DNA of 64,000 nt from a bacterium (GTDB taxonomy: Bacteria; Patescibacteriota; Minisyncoccia; Phycocordibacterales; Phycocordibacteraceae). The number at the start of each line of letters is the position of its first letter. The stretch's first letter is position 1. The translations under genes were made by a program, and so were the position numbers. Location of the stretch: assembly GCA_037200965.1 (NCBI GenBank), contig JBBCGK010000001.1, positions 576,001-640,000 of the forward strand, given 5' to 3'. Shown here one piece after another: positions 27,427 to 36,785 of this stretch. Under the pieces are notes generated by a model. That model was not told the origin of the DNA. It made no database searches and saw only the letters and a program-made list of their open reading frames with translations.

Positions 27427-28128
27427 ATGCGAAAGGATAAAGACAAAGCTTTTGAATTACGCAGGAATGGAAAGAGCTACAGAGAAATCAGGGGCGCCCT
27501 TAAGGTACCAATAAGCACCCTTTCTGGCTGGTTCAGTGAAATTGGATGGTCTAAGAAGATGGCCAGAGATTTAGCAGCAAAGGCCCAGATACAGCACACG
27601 GCCAGGATAATCGAACTCGACAGGATTCGGGGCGTTCATCTGGCTCGGATATACGAGGAAGCGAAGGAAGAAGCCCGGACAGACCTTGAGATTCTCAAAT
27701 ACAACCCCCTCTTTATAGCCGGGCTCATGCTCTATTGGGGCGAAGGAGACAAGACGACGAAAAGTCAGGTGCGGCTCGCGAATACCGACCCGGAATTAAT
27801 CAGACTCTTTGTCGTCTTCTTGAAGAACGTATGCAATATACCCGAGGAGAAAGTGTGGGTCTCCATCCTCACTTATCCGGATATAGACGATGAGGCGAAT
27901 CGGCGTTATTGGTCCCAAGCATCCGGGGTCCCGCTCGATAAGTTCCTCAAAAGCATCCTTATACAGGGCCGCCATAAGACGAAGCGTCTCGGACACGGCG
28001 TCTGCAGCATCTTCGTCTCAAGTACGTACCTGAAGGTGAAGATGATCGAGTGGCTGCGGTTGTTACCGCAGGAATTGATGAACTTGCAATATTATGAGAA
28101 TATAAAGCCCGAGGCGGACATGGTTTAG
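27427..28128 (+). CDS. hypothetical protein with N-terminal HTH
   Basis: Sequence AFELRRNGKSYREIRGALKVPISTLSGWF. Its 3' end overlaps the first 15 nt of tRNA-Gly. Confidence 0.45.
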   Translation: MRKDKDKAFELRRNGKSYREIRGALKVPISTLSGWFSEIGWSKKMARDLAAKAQIQHTARIIELDRIRGVHLARIYEEAKEEARTDLEILKYNPLFIAGLMLYWGEGDKTTKSQVRLANTDPELIRLFVVFLKNVCNIPEEKVWVSILTYPDIDDEANRRYWSQASGVPLDKFLKSILIQGRHKTKRLGHGVCSIFVSSTYLKVKMIEWLRLLPQELMNLQYYENIKPEADMV

Positions 28129-28187
28129 TGGTAAAACAGGATCTTGCCAAGATTCAGTCGGGGGTTCGATTCCCCCTGTCCGCACCA
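28114..28187 (+). tRNA. tRNA-Gly (anticodon GCC), CCA encoded
   Basis: Acceptor GCGGACA/UGUCCGC, anticodon loop UUGCCAA, T-arm GGGGG-UUCGAUU-CCCCC. Confidence 0.85.
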
Positions 28188-28194
28188 GCTTCTT

Positions 28195-28234
28195 GAAGCG
28201 CAAAAACGGCCTTGAATGGCCGTTTTTGCGCTTC
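28195..28234 (+). terminator. rho-independent-like hairpin (17-bp stem GAAGCGCAAAAACGGCC / GGCCGTTTTTGCGCTTC)
   Basis: Perfect inverted repeat immediately 3' of tRNA-Gly. Confidence 0.6.
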
Positions 28235-28394
28235 GGACAAAAGTGGATAAAGGTGTTAATACTGGGGATAAAGGACAATATTTGACGCTCTGTCCACCGC
28301 GATGGTCTGTAGAATTGCAAGCAAATAGGCCCTCATTCTTAAAGCCGTGAGGTCCTCTCGGAAAATGAAGAAAGGACATAAAGGTTTTAGGCGA

Positions 28395-28436
28395 CCAAAA
28401 TGTAAAACACCCCTGACGGGGTGTTTTACATTTTGG
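28395..28436 (-). terminator. 19-bp-stem hairpin CCAAAATGTAAAACACCCC-TGAC-GGGGTGTTTTACATTTTGG overlapping the tRNA-Pro 3' end
   Basis: Perfect inverted repeat directly downstream of tRNA-Pro on the minus strand. Confidence 0.6.
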
Positions 28437-28507
28437 TCGGGGCGCCGGGAATCGAACCCGGTCATCTTGCTCCCAAAGCAAGCGTACTACCGGTATACGA
28501 CGCCCCG
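28434..28507 (-). tRNA. tRNA-Pro (anticodon UGG), CCA encoded
   Basis: Reverse complement folds as acceptor CGGGGCG/CGCCCCG, anticodon loop UUUGGGA (G37), T-arm CCGGG-UUCGAUU-CCCGG. Confidence 0.85.
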
Positions 28508-28603
28508 AGTGCAAGCAGAGTAACACGGGCCCTTAACCCTTGCGACTTTTACATTCTCCGATCAGTGCGGAAAAGCCCCGTAAGTGGTATTCTCGGGAAC
28601 GAA

Positions 28604-28674
28604 GCGGGATTAGTTTAATGGTAGAACATCAGTTTTCCAAACTGATGGCGGGAGTTCGATTCTCCCATCCCGCA
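28604..28674 (+). tRNA. tRNA-Gly (anticodon UCC), CCA not encoded
   Basis: Acceptor GCGGGAU/AUCCCGC, anticodon stem UCAGU/ACUGA with loop UUUCCAA, T-arm GGGAG-UUCGAUU-CUCCC. Confidence 0.75.
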
Positions 28675-28810
28675 CAGCGGTCAGAGACCCGTTTTTCGTC
28701 TGCGAGGCCTCGAAAATAGTTCGCAACCGCGAGGCCTGCCCGGTCGAGCTTTAGTGTTCCGCATCCGTTCCGTCTAAATTAAACCGACCCGGCAAGCTAT
28801 ACTTACCTCT

Positions 28811-29347
28811 ATGTCCCACGAGGTCCCGAAACTCAATCAGAGCGAATCTAAGGAAAAGCCGCCTGTTCTGTACCATGGAACAGCGAACGGTGATATCAAG
28901 GAGTTTGAACCACGTTCCGCGGCAGAAAGACCCGATGAAGAACCGGCGGTGTATGCATCTCCTGATCGTGAGATCGCCATTCAATCAATGGCGAATAAAT
29001 TCGTGACAAACGGCGGTATCGTAAATGGGCGTAAATTCGTATGTATTCCCATGACCCGTGAAGAATTTATAGAACAGGATCACGGTGGCACGGTGTATAG
29101 CTTCCCCAGCGATTCCTTCGAAATAAATAAAGGAATCGGACTTGGCGATAAGGAATGGGTTTCTAGAACTACTGTTAAACCCCGTGGGTTAGAGCGGTTC
29201 CCTTCGCTATTAGCAGCAATGCTCAAACAAGGAACCGAGGTTTATTTTATTAAACCCGAAATGGTCTCGGTAATTAGTAAAGCTCAAGATAGTGACCCTG
29301 AAGAATTAGAGAGGCTTCTTGGGGGTCTTGAACGGGCAGAGTCTTGA
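28811..29347 (+). CDS. hypothetical protein (island cargo)
   Basis: 178-aa ORF with no recognisable motif. Confidence 0.45.
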   Translation: MSHEVPKLNQSESKEKPPVLYHGTANGDIKEFEPRSAAERPDEEPAVYASPDREIAIQSMANKFVTNGGIVNGRKFVCIPMTREEFIEQDHGGTVYSFPSDSFEINKGIGLGDKEWVSRTTVKPRGLERFPSLLAAMLKQGTEVYFIKPEMVSVISKAQDSDPEELERLLGGLERAES

Positions 29348-29478
29348 ATCGCGTCCGACCCCATCATTTTGACCTTTCCCAAATTCGCCGTGGAGCCTCG
29401 CGGTGCCACACATGCTGTGGTTTTCATCCGTCCACGCCCGTTCACGCACAAAAGCCCGACATTCGTCGGGCTTTTGTG

Positions 29479-30804
29479 CTAGTCGGCCAGCGTGATGATT
29501 CGGTCGTTGAGAATAAGCCGATCTCTGAGGTGCTCCAGCAGCTCCCGCTTTTCCTCTCTCGTGCCGTTCTTCAGCAGATACTTGGCATACTTGCGTATGT
29601 CCATCTCCTTGGCCTCGATGGTTTCTTTGGTGCCCTCCACCTCCGCCCGCAGCTTGTTGTATCGGGACACCTCCCGCTCAATGAGGTGTCGCGCCCCGAT
29701 CTCGTCAAGGGAGATGCGGTCTATCATGGTGGCGAGCTGGTCGAGTACTTTCTCCTCCCGCAGATACGGGTTCTTGCACTGGGTATCCTTGGCCCGGGAG
29801 CAGGAATAATACACATAGGAGACGGGCTCGCCGGTACTCAATATCTTCTGCTTCTCCTGTGCCGTTATGCCGCTCCCGCAGTACCCGCACAGCAGGAGCT
29901 TGGTGAAGTTCCATTCTTTGAAGCGGTGCTTGGGGCGGTTCTCCTCGGCGATCTTTTCCTGCACGGCTTGGAAGAGTTCCTGGGTGATAAGCGGCGTATG
30001 TTTGCCGGTATACCAGTTTCCCGAGCCTCTCGGATACTCGAACACGCCGCAATAGAAGGGGTTCTTGAGCATTTTGTATAGCGTCGAGAGATTCATGCTC
30101 TTGCCGATGCGCGAGGCGAACTGCACATCCCTCTTCAGCCACCCGTGTACCTTGCGGCCGCTCCAGCGCTCGATCCCGACTTTCTCGAAGACCTGTTTAA
30201 TGATTGGCGCTCTAATAGGGTCCACCAATATCTCGCAGCGGTGATCCTTCCGAGAATCGTTGAGGTATCCCGTGGGCGCGATGCCGGGCCACAGGCCCAT
30301 CTCGGCCCTTGCACGTAGCCCGCGCTTCACATTGATGCGCTTGTTATCGTTCTCAAGCTTCGCTTGGCTCCCAAGAATCATCAGCAAGAACTTCTCGTTC
30401 GGGTTGTTGCCGAACCGCTGCCCATATGTGCGTATGTCCACCAAGTGCCTGCTATCCATTAAGTCCACGATGCGGCCGAGGTCGCCTGCGTTGCGACTGA
30501 TGCGGTCCGGTGCCCAGGTTAAGATGCCGTTGAACTTTCCAGCCCTCAATTCGTCTACGATTTCATTGAATACCGGTCGCGCTCCGGCCTCCTTGGCCGA
30601 GTGCGACTCTCGCTTCACCTCGACAATCTCCAATTTCTCTTTCTCTGCGAGCGCCAACATCTCCTTGACCTGGCTCTCGATGCTCAAAACTTGCTGCTCC
30701 TCGCTCTCTGTACTTTTCCTCGCATACAAGCAGTACCGCACCGCCTGTACCTCCACCAAGGGAGGAGCCGCCCCAAATCCGCCCTGAATCATTGCTGTTT
30801 CCAT
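29479..30804 (-). CDS. large serine recombinase (resolvase-type catalytic domain + recombinase domain + zinc ribbon + coiled coil)
   Basis: Catalytic motif [16 protein letters not shown], a recombinase domain, CGYCGS...[12 protein letters not shown], and a long C-terminal coiled coil. Confidence 0.85.
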   Translation of the reverse strand: METAMIQGGFGAAPPLVEVQAVRYCLYARKSTESEEQQVLSIESQVKEMLALAEKEKLEIVEVKRESHSAKEAGARPVFNEIVDELRAGKFNGILTWAPDRISRNAGDLGRIVDLMDSRHLVDIRTYGQRFGNNPNEKFLLMILGSQAKLENDNKRINVKRGLRARAEMGLWPGIAPTGYLNDSRKDHRCEILVDPIRAPIIKQVFEKVGIERWSGRKVHGWLKRDVQFASRIGKSMNLSTLYKMLKNPFYCGVFEYPRGSGNWYTGKHTPLITQELFQAVQEKIAEENRPKHRFKEWNFTKLLLCGYCGSGITAQEKQKILSTGEPVSYVYYSCSRAKDTQCKNPYLREEKVLDQLATMIDRISLDEIGARHLIEREVSRYNKLRAEVEGTKETIEAKEMDIRKYAKYLLKNGTREEKRELLEHLRDRLILNDRIITLAD

Positions 30805-30902
30805 ACATTTGCCGTTATTGCTAACGGGTCAATGGATGACGCAACCCCTCGTGGGTGTCCAGCGAGGGGTTGTTGGTATCTAATGCGGAATTTAGTACCT
30901 TG

Positions 30903-31934
30903 TTATTTTCTCTTCCCTGGTTTTCTCACAGGCTCGGCGTGAGGGAACTTCTCAAAGTGATCGATGACGGCTTCCTCTTTTGCAACTTGTTCTGACGCAG
31001 TACGTTTGCGCTCTTCATCCTCCTTCTCGCGGCGAGTCACCGCTTCGCGCTCCTCATCTTCCCGAATACGTTCACGCTCCTTCGCCTCGATTTCCCCAAG
31101 AACCTCGGTTGCGATTTTAAGCTCGTGTTCGTCGCCAAATTTTCGTATGTGCTCAAGCGCATCCTGGGCATACTGCTCATCCAGTAAACTTAGATATAGA
31201 CGGAATTTCGCGGGATATTCTCGCAGGGAGGACTCAACTTCTTCGGCAGAGTAGAATTGGTCACCCAAGCGGTATTCACTCGGATGTTCGCGAATAAACG
31301 CCGCGACCTCTTCGATTCTTGCCTTCGGAATAAGAACACCCGAAGCGACCAGCCCGATTTCGTGGTATGTGCTGCCGTCCTGGAAATTCGCAGTCGGGAG
31401 ATCTAATGCTTTTGCGAGCGCCTCCTCTCGATCTTGGCGAATAGGGCCGTCCCTGCGAGGCAGAGCGGGGCGACGGCTCCATCCATCGCCGATGCTCTTA
31501 TCAAGAAAATCAAAAACAAGAAGCGCGTTTTCACCCAAGATCCCGCCGTCCTCATGTTCGGATGGAAAGAATCTATCGCGATTTTGCATGAGCCTTCCGT
31601 CAGGCAGGTCCTCACTGGATATGATCGTGAATTCTGGGAGGCCAAGCTCTTCGAGACTTCCTTCCTGCCGTAACAGGTCTATGAGAACATCGTGGTCACT
31701 TTTGCCTAAGTCCTTGCCGAGCGCATTTAACTCAAGATGTGTATTGTGCCGCTCAGAGTCTATGAGTTCCGCTTCCGTTTTCACTTCTGGGTCGGTGAGA
31801 GCGTGCGCGTTCTGCTTGCGAAATCGCTTAAGCTCCTTGAACTTGTCTTGATACGAACGAACAAGACGGCCATACTTTTTCTGAGCGGTTTCCTGTGATT
31901 CGGGCCGTGGGCCAGCACCTTCAAATCCGGACAT
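30903..31934 (-). CDS. hypothetical protein with charged E/K/R-rich C-terminus (island cargo)
   Basis: 343-aa ORF. Confidence 0.45.
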   Translation of the reverse strand: MSGFEGAGPRPESQETAQKKYGRLVRSYQDKFKELKRFRKQNAHALTDPEVKTEAELIDSERHNTHLELNALGKDLGKSDHDVLIDLLRQEGSLEELGLPEFTIISSEDLPDGRLMQNRDRFFPSEHEDGGILGENALLVFDFLDKSIGDGWSRRPALPRRDGPIRQDREEALAKALDLPTANFQDGSTYHEIGLVASGVLIPKARIEEVAAFIREHPSEYRLGDQFYSAEEVESSLREYPAKFRLYLSLLDEQYAQDALEHIRKFGDEHELKIATEVLGEIEAKERERIREDEEREAVTRREKEDEERKRTASEQVAKEEAVIDHFEKFPHAEPVRKPGKRK

Positions 31935-32019
31935 ATAGACATCATACTATGACAAATGAAAAGCCGTCCTCAAACGACTTTTCGTTAGAGAACGGCTTTG
32001 GCCTGTTAGAGCTTTTGCC

Positions 32020-32304
32020 CTACTGGGAGGCCGACGCGCGGCCTGCCATGAAGAGTTTCAGGAGGAGCTCTTCGGCGCCATTTTTTCTATGCAGGTTGGC
32101 ATCAATCGCCAACCAGAGCACGCCCGAAATGGCGGCAATTGCCAGGTCGTCCTCGTCGAGATCGACGTATCCAACGACCTCTTCGGTGCCACCACTTTCC
32201 GTAATCATCCGACGCGCTTCTTCGATGTCGTCGACGTTGCAGATGGCCGCTCCGAATCCTTCATCGGCTTTCGCGCCGACCTGACGAGTGAATACGATAC
32301 CCAT
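32020..32304 (-). CDS. hypothetical small acidic protein
   Basis: 94 aa from the internal ATG (MGIVFTRQVGAKADEGFGAAICNVDDIEEA...). The longer upstream extension overlaps the neighbouring gene out of frame. Confidence 0.3.
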   Translation of the reverse strand: MGIVFTRQVGAKADEGFGAAICNVDDIEEARRMITESGGTEEVVGYVDLDEDDLAIAAISGVLWLAIDANLHRKNGAEELLLKLFMAGRASASQ

Positions 32305-32458
32305 AGATCTTCTCCCTAGCTGGATGCCCGTAAATGGGCGACAAATTGACTGTTTTCTATAGTAGCATGTAGCACATATACTGTCAAGGGTCATGCGCCT
32401 GGATTCTATATCAAAAGCCCCACACCGGATTGTGTGGGGCTGTAGCGGACGGATTGTG

Positions 32459-32923
32459 CTAGGCGTGGTGTCTCCGTTGGTTGAGCAGCACGAGGCCGCC
32501 GAAGAAGAAACCGATTCCGAGCGGAAGGTCCGCGAGGAAGTTGAGGAACCAGTTGCGCCAGGGAGCGGTGCTCCCGCCCGTATGCACCGCAGATATCGCG
32601 GCGAAGACCAGAGTGGCCATGGGCCACAGAAACATCCAATCGCGATCCGGCCCCCGGAAACTCGTGGGATGATACACACCCTCCCTCAAGAAGAGGAGGC
32701 CAGTAATCGCGCAGAGTGCACTCAGCCCGCACATCAGGGCTTCGAGTTTGCGATCGTCGTCCCCAATCCTTCCGCCCGCCGCCATCGTGCAGAGGACGGT
32801 GACGGTCAGGGCGACGCCGATACCGACGCCGATGCGCTGGGTAAACAGGGCGATTGCCCCGCCGACCAGAAGCTGGGCGAGCAGGATGCCCGCGTTCCAG
32901 TACCAATTTCTCAATGTCGTCAT
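32459..32923 (-). CDS. hypothetical 4-TM membrane protein
   Basis: 154-aa ORF with four hydrophobic helices. Confidence 0.45.
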   Translation of the reverse strand: MTTLRNWYWNAGILLAQLLVGGAIALFTQRIGVGIGVALTVTVLCTMAAGGRIGDDDRKLEALMCGLSALCAITGLLFLREGVYHPTSFRGPDRDWMFLWPMATLVFAAISAVHTGGSTAPWRNWFLNFLADLPLGIGFFFGGLVLLNQRRHHA

Positions 32924-33014
32924 GTTTGTGGCCCTCCTTAGGCCATTTGTGCTACCGTACGCAGTATTACATATCTACTTAGGAAGTCAAGGATTGCATG
33001 GCGACCCCGAATTC

Positions 33015-33539
33015 TAGGCATTTGTAGGCATTTCGCGGCCTGCCGTATGAGTGTCTAATGTGTCTAATCGGCACCTACCGAAAGTGACAGTGCGCTGTCA
33101 CTCTTTACGCCTAATTTCCTCTAAGATACCCAGCATCTGCGGTCTGGTTCTCTGAAAATGTTACGCGCCCGTACATGCCGTATTCGTGTAACATTTGTAA
33201 CATTTTGCCCTCCGGCATTGGACACGCCTGCGGGGGTATCTAACGTCCTTGCAACCCCAAAATGCAACATGCCACAAACGCCGTTTTGACGTTGCATTCT
33301 ATATCATTTTGACCCCCGACCCCCTGTCAGATTTGTAAGGTAACAGTCCACTTTCCGAACACTCGGGATAGCCCTTTTCGTGTTCGGTTTGTTCGCTTTT
33401 CCAGTCCGCAACCGCGAGGCCCACGCTCGCCACTCGTGAGACACACCCAAAACGCTAGAATACCTTGCAACTGCTTGCTGGAATCGCTAAAACGAGACAG
33501 TGTCCGATATACCCTACCTGTGTCTCATTTGTCTCATTT
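33015..33539. repeat. noncoding region with four short tandem duplications (TAGGCATTTG x2, GTGTCTAAT x2, GTAACATTT x2, TGTCTCATT x2) plus palindromes
   Basis: Tandem units at 33015-33033, 33051-33068, 33188-33206 and 33521-33539. Perfect palindrome AGTGACAG-TGCG-CTGTCACT at 33083-33102. Inverted repeat AATGCAAC...GTTGCATT at 33261-33298. Confidence 0.6.
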
Positions 33540-33770
33540 TGTACCCGACCCCGAGGCCTCGATCGGGGTTAGCGGCTACTCGCCAAAGGGCGTTGCGTTT
33601 GCCTCGCCTGGCCCAGTTCAGTACAGTGAGGGGGCACACTCTAGTGCTAGTTCAAGTGACCGAGGTGCATAAAGAAAAACCGCCTCTTGCGAAGCGGTTT
33701 AAGGTTGCGCCCTATCTTTATCCTGCCCAGCGCGGCAGTTCGATTTTTGGTTCTGTTGCCAAGCGGGTTT

Positions 33771-34532
33771 TCATCCCGCTCCGTTAATCTCCAAGAGCTC
33801 GCTCTCTAGTTCCCTAGCTATATGTGGCCAAGCCTCTTCCACGACTCCCGTTAATAGTCCGACGCGTTCTAAGTCGCGCACCATCGTTTCAACAGGGATA
33901 CTGAAGAAAAGACGACCTGATTTAGCGTAGTAACAAGGATGCGCTTCTGGGTCATGGCGATCTAGGATGTTCCATCCCTTAGTGGGACGATAACAATCTA
34001 AGATTTCCACCGTGCATTGTGGGAAGAGTTCCCCTAGCCATGCACGAAGACTCTCGCATCCCAATTCGGGATTACCGCGGAAGGGCTCATGATCTCCAAA
34101 GTGGGAAGTCCAGAGAGAAACGACCTTAGGCTCGCCGATCTTGTCGGCAACCATGCGAGCCACCTTTTGAAAGATAGCTTTCGTTTCTTCCAACCCGATA
34201 TCATGGGTCGACTTTTCTCCAAAGAGAGAGGCCGAAATCCCCCGAGCGATCAGCTGATCCAACCCACCGAAACGGAACTGTTTGGCGGATAGAAACAGAT
34301 CGCTCTTGCAGGTAAGGTCGGGGAGCCAATAGGAAGCCTCCTTTGCCTCCGTTTCCATATTGTCGCGGTCACGGAAGATACCTTGAAATCCACGAGGATA
34401 GGATTTCTCCCTCACCTCGTACCCAGCTATCTTCAATGTCTCCAGGATGCGTGGGACATACGCCTCGAATACATCGTTCGAGCGGTAAGTAACAAGTACG
34501 GTCTTAGTCATATGGTTGCCCTCCTGAGGCAT
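33771..34532 (-). CDS. hypothetical protein
   Basis: 253-aa ORF. The start may instead be the internal MTKTVLV. Confidence 0.45.
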   Translation of the reverse strand: MPQEGNHMTKTVLVTYRSNDVFEAYVPRILETLKIAGYEVREKSYPRGFQGIFRDRDNMETEAKEASYWLPDLTCKSDLFLSAKQFRFGGLDQLIARGISASLFGEKSTHDIGLEETKAIFQKVARMVADKIGEPKVVSLWTSHFGDHEPFRGNPELGCESLRAWLGELFPQCTVEILDCYRPTKGWNILDRHDPEAHPCYYAKSGRLFFSIPVETMVRDLERVGLLTGVVEEAWPHIARELESELLEINGAG

Positions 34533-34660
34533 GCGCCGAAGCGCGATAAAGCGAACTTGATTTCTGAGATTAGTGTAGCGCAGTATTGTATAAAGTCAAG
34601 TAGTCTTGACGACCAAATATATGACCTATATGCTATGTAAATAAAGGCTATTTAATACCT

Positions 34661-35434
34661 ATGTCAATAATTCTTGACCAAACGGATAGCAAGGAGTTGA
34701 TTGAAGGGCTTGAGACGCTGGGCCTGAACGCTAAGGAGGCACAGGTCTATCTGGCCCTTTTGCCCCGTCGGGACGTCGGTTCCTCGAAGATTGTCCTTGC
34801 GACAGGCCTTCATAAGCAGTTCGTATACAATGCAATCGAAAAACTGGAGCAATTAGGCCTCATAAAGCATGTCATACAGAACGGCCGGAAGAAGTTCAGT
34901 GCCAATCCGCCGAGTCGTCTCCTCTCTATCGTGGAAGAGAAGCGCCTTGCCGCTCAAAACATGGCGAAGCGCCTCCAGGAACGCTTTATCGGCGCGCATG
35001 AGCAGGATTTCGAAGTGTTCCAAGGAGATTCGGCCGTACTTGCCCACCATTACGATATGTTCGAACGCATCGAACAGGACCAGGAAGCGCTCGTGATATC
35101 GGGACCCACCGAGACATTCCTTAAGATTATCGGCCCGGACGAGAAGGATGTATTCGAGGAAACGCGCGTAGCGAAAGGCCTTCGCATCCGCTATCTGGGT
35201 ATGGAATCGATGCGCGAACGGCTCATCGAGACGAAAAAATGGCGCAAGCTCTTCGATTACCGCATCCTGCCGGGCGGACAATCGACCGGCCAGCTCGATA
35301 TCGATATCTGGCCGAACAACGTCACGTACAACCTTTTCGGTGATCCTCTGCTCTCCATCACGATTACGAACAAAGCGATGACCGATGGATACCGGGAGTT
35401 CTTCGAGTCGCTGTGGAAGCTCTCGAAACCATAA
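34661..35434 (+). CDS. TrmB-family transcriptional regulator
   Basis: Sequence LGLNAKEAQVYLALLPRRDVGSSKIVLATGLHKQFVYNAIEKLEQLGLI. A TTGACG-17-TATGCT promoter-like element lies upstream. Confidence 0.75.
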   Translation: MSIILDQTDSKELIEGLETLGLNAKEAQVYLALLPRRDVGSSKIVLATGLHKQFVYNAIEKLEQLGLIKHVIQNGRKKFSANPPSRLLSIVEEKRLAAQNMAKRLQERFIGAHEQDFEVFQGDSAVLAHHYDMFERIEQDQEALVISGPTETFLKIIGPDEKDVFEETRVAKGLRIRYLGMESMRERLIETKKWRKLFDYRILPGGQSTGQLDIDIWPNNVTYNLFGDPLLSITITNKAMTDGYREFFESLWKLSKP

Positions 35435-35599
35435 AAGAAGTGCTAGACCGAGATGCCTCAGCTTTGGTCTGAGGAATTCGCCAAGGAACCTTTGAAATGC
35501 CTCACTCGGTGCAGTTCACGACTGGGGTGGGGCACAGTTAGAGATTTCGAGTCCGCAGATCTCGAAGAAGTCCTGAAAATCCAAGCCAGGATAGAGATT

Positions 35600-36160
35600 T
35601 AATACCCCAATTCCCCGCGGCTCTGCCGCGGGGTACCGCTAAGGAGGGTTCGGGAACCGTTGGTTCCCGAGATACAATACGCGCATGGCCGTCGTCCGTT
35701 CGAACCACTGCGCCTTCGACACCCACTACCACATCGTCTTTCCGGTCAAATACCGCAAAGCACTCCTGACACCTGTCGTCACCAAGGCAATTCGGGATAT
35801 CGCTGGCGATATAGCCGAACGGTACGACATCGTCTTCGAGCAGCTCGGTACCGACCAGAACCATATCCATATACTGTGCTCCTTCCATCCCAAATACAGC
35901 GGGGGAGATGTCGTACGGATGTTCAAGTCCATCACCGCAAAACAGCTGTTTGAGCGATTTCCCGAATTGAAGAAGGACCTCTGGGGCGGAGAGTTCTGGG
36001 CAGACGGCTACTATATCGCCACCGTCTCCACACACGGCGACTGGACCACGGTCGAACGCTATGTCGCTAACCAAGGAAAGACGAGCGGACAACCAACCCA
36101 ACTCACGATTCTCTGACGGCCATGCACGACTCAATACCCCGGGGCTCTGCCCCGGGGTTG
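35600..36160. mobile_element. IS200/IS605-family element (tnpA only) bounded by subterminal GC hairpins
   Basis: Left hairpin CCCCGCGG-CTCTG-CCGCGGGG (35613-35633). Right hairpin CCCCGGGG-CTCTG-CCCCGGGG (36137-36157). Both are preceded by AATACCCC. Confidence 0.7.
35685..36116 (+). CDS. tnpA: IS200/IS605 family HUH (Y1) transposase TnpA
   Basis: Motifs HYHIVFPVKYRK and NHIHIL. Confidence 0.85.
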   Translation: MAVVRSNHCAFDTHYHIVFPVKYRKALLTPVVTKAIRDIAGDIAERYDIVFEQLGTDQNHIHILCSFHPKYSGGDVVRMFKSITAKQLFERFPELKKDLWGGEFWADGYYIATVSTHGDWTTVERYVANQGKTSGQPTQLTIL

Positions 36161-36201
36161 TTTATTAGCGATTTCCGCATAGGTTAGCAGCTTTTCAAAC
36201 G

Positions 36202-36231
36202 CAAAACAGCCAGCGTACGCTGGCTGTTTTG
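36202..36231. terminator. hairpin CAAAACAGCCAGCG-TA-CGCTGGCTGTTTTG
   Basis: Perfect 14-bp stem downstream of 36248..36661 (-). Confidence 0.6.
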
Positions 36232-36247
36232 CTCGTCTCGCTCCAGA

Positions 36248-36661
36248 TTAGAGTGGAACGTCGGCCGAAGGCGAGATTGCCGTACCGGTCGCGGCAATGT
36301 TCACCACGCCGCTGTGGAGAGCGAGCCCGGTGGCGGCTACCAGCGCTTCCGAGGCGTTCGCCGCGACGACCGTCTTCACGTCGCCGTTCACGTTTATGTA
36401 TTGATACGTGCCTGACGGGTAGTTGGCATCCGTCGTCGTTCCGCCGGGGAGCGACGCGCTATCGCCTGCGTTCAAGAAGCCCATATCAAGCACCACACCA
36501 CTATGCGGAGCGATATTGATCGCCTGCGCGAGCGCCTGCTCGGCGTTTGCCGCGTTGGTGTCCTGTATTTCCCCGCTCGTGTTCACGTAGTGGTATGTGG
36601 CTGCAAGCGAAGCGGTGGGGAGCGCAAGCAGCATTACGGCAAGAAGGAGTATTTTCGTCAT
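36248..36661 (-). CDS. small secreted protein with two internal ~45-aa tandem repeats
   Basis: Signal peptide MTKILLLAVMLLALPTASLA. Repeat units YHYVNTSGEIQDTNAANAEQALAQAINIAPHSGVV and YQYINVNGDVKTVVAANASEALVAATGLALHSGVV. Confidence 0.55.
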   Translation of the reverse strand: MTKILLLAVMLLALPTASLAATYHYVNTSGEIQDTNAANAEQALAQAINIAPHSGVVLDMGFLNAGDSASLPGGTTTDANYPSGTYQYINVNGDVKTVVAANASEALVAATGLALHSGVVNIAATGTAISPSADVPL

Positions 36662-36785
36662 AGATTCATTCTTTCATCATGCCTTATTTGGTAATATCCC
36701 GGCGTCAGTATCCCATTTTCCTCATGAAGGGGGCGTGAGGGTCTTTGCTCACTTTATATATAAGTAAGAAGCGTACAATAGAGAT

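Noticed and set aside
27427-28128. LAGLIDADG homing-endonuclease-like motif (FIAGLMLYWGEGDK) in the HTH protein overlapping tRNA-Gly
   Set aside because: The resemblance is weak and non-canonical (extra residues, no second motif). It is treated as a hypothetical HTH protein.
28604-28674. Initial reading of this tRNA as tRNA-Trp (CCA anticodon)
   Set aside because: Counting residues shows the only fold with a 7-nt anticodon loop is stem UCAGU/ACUGA with loop UUUCCAA. That gives anticodon UCC (Gly). The CCA reading requires a 5-nt loop.
28722-33421. Exact 15-bp repeat CGCAACCGCGAGGCC as statistically significant att site
   Set aside because: About two exact 15-mer repeats are expected by chance in 64 kb. 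It is kept only as a context-dependent candidate (19 bp with one mismatch) in the findings.
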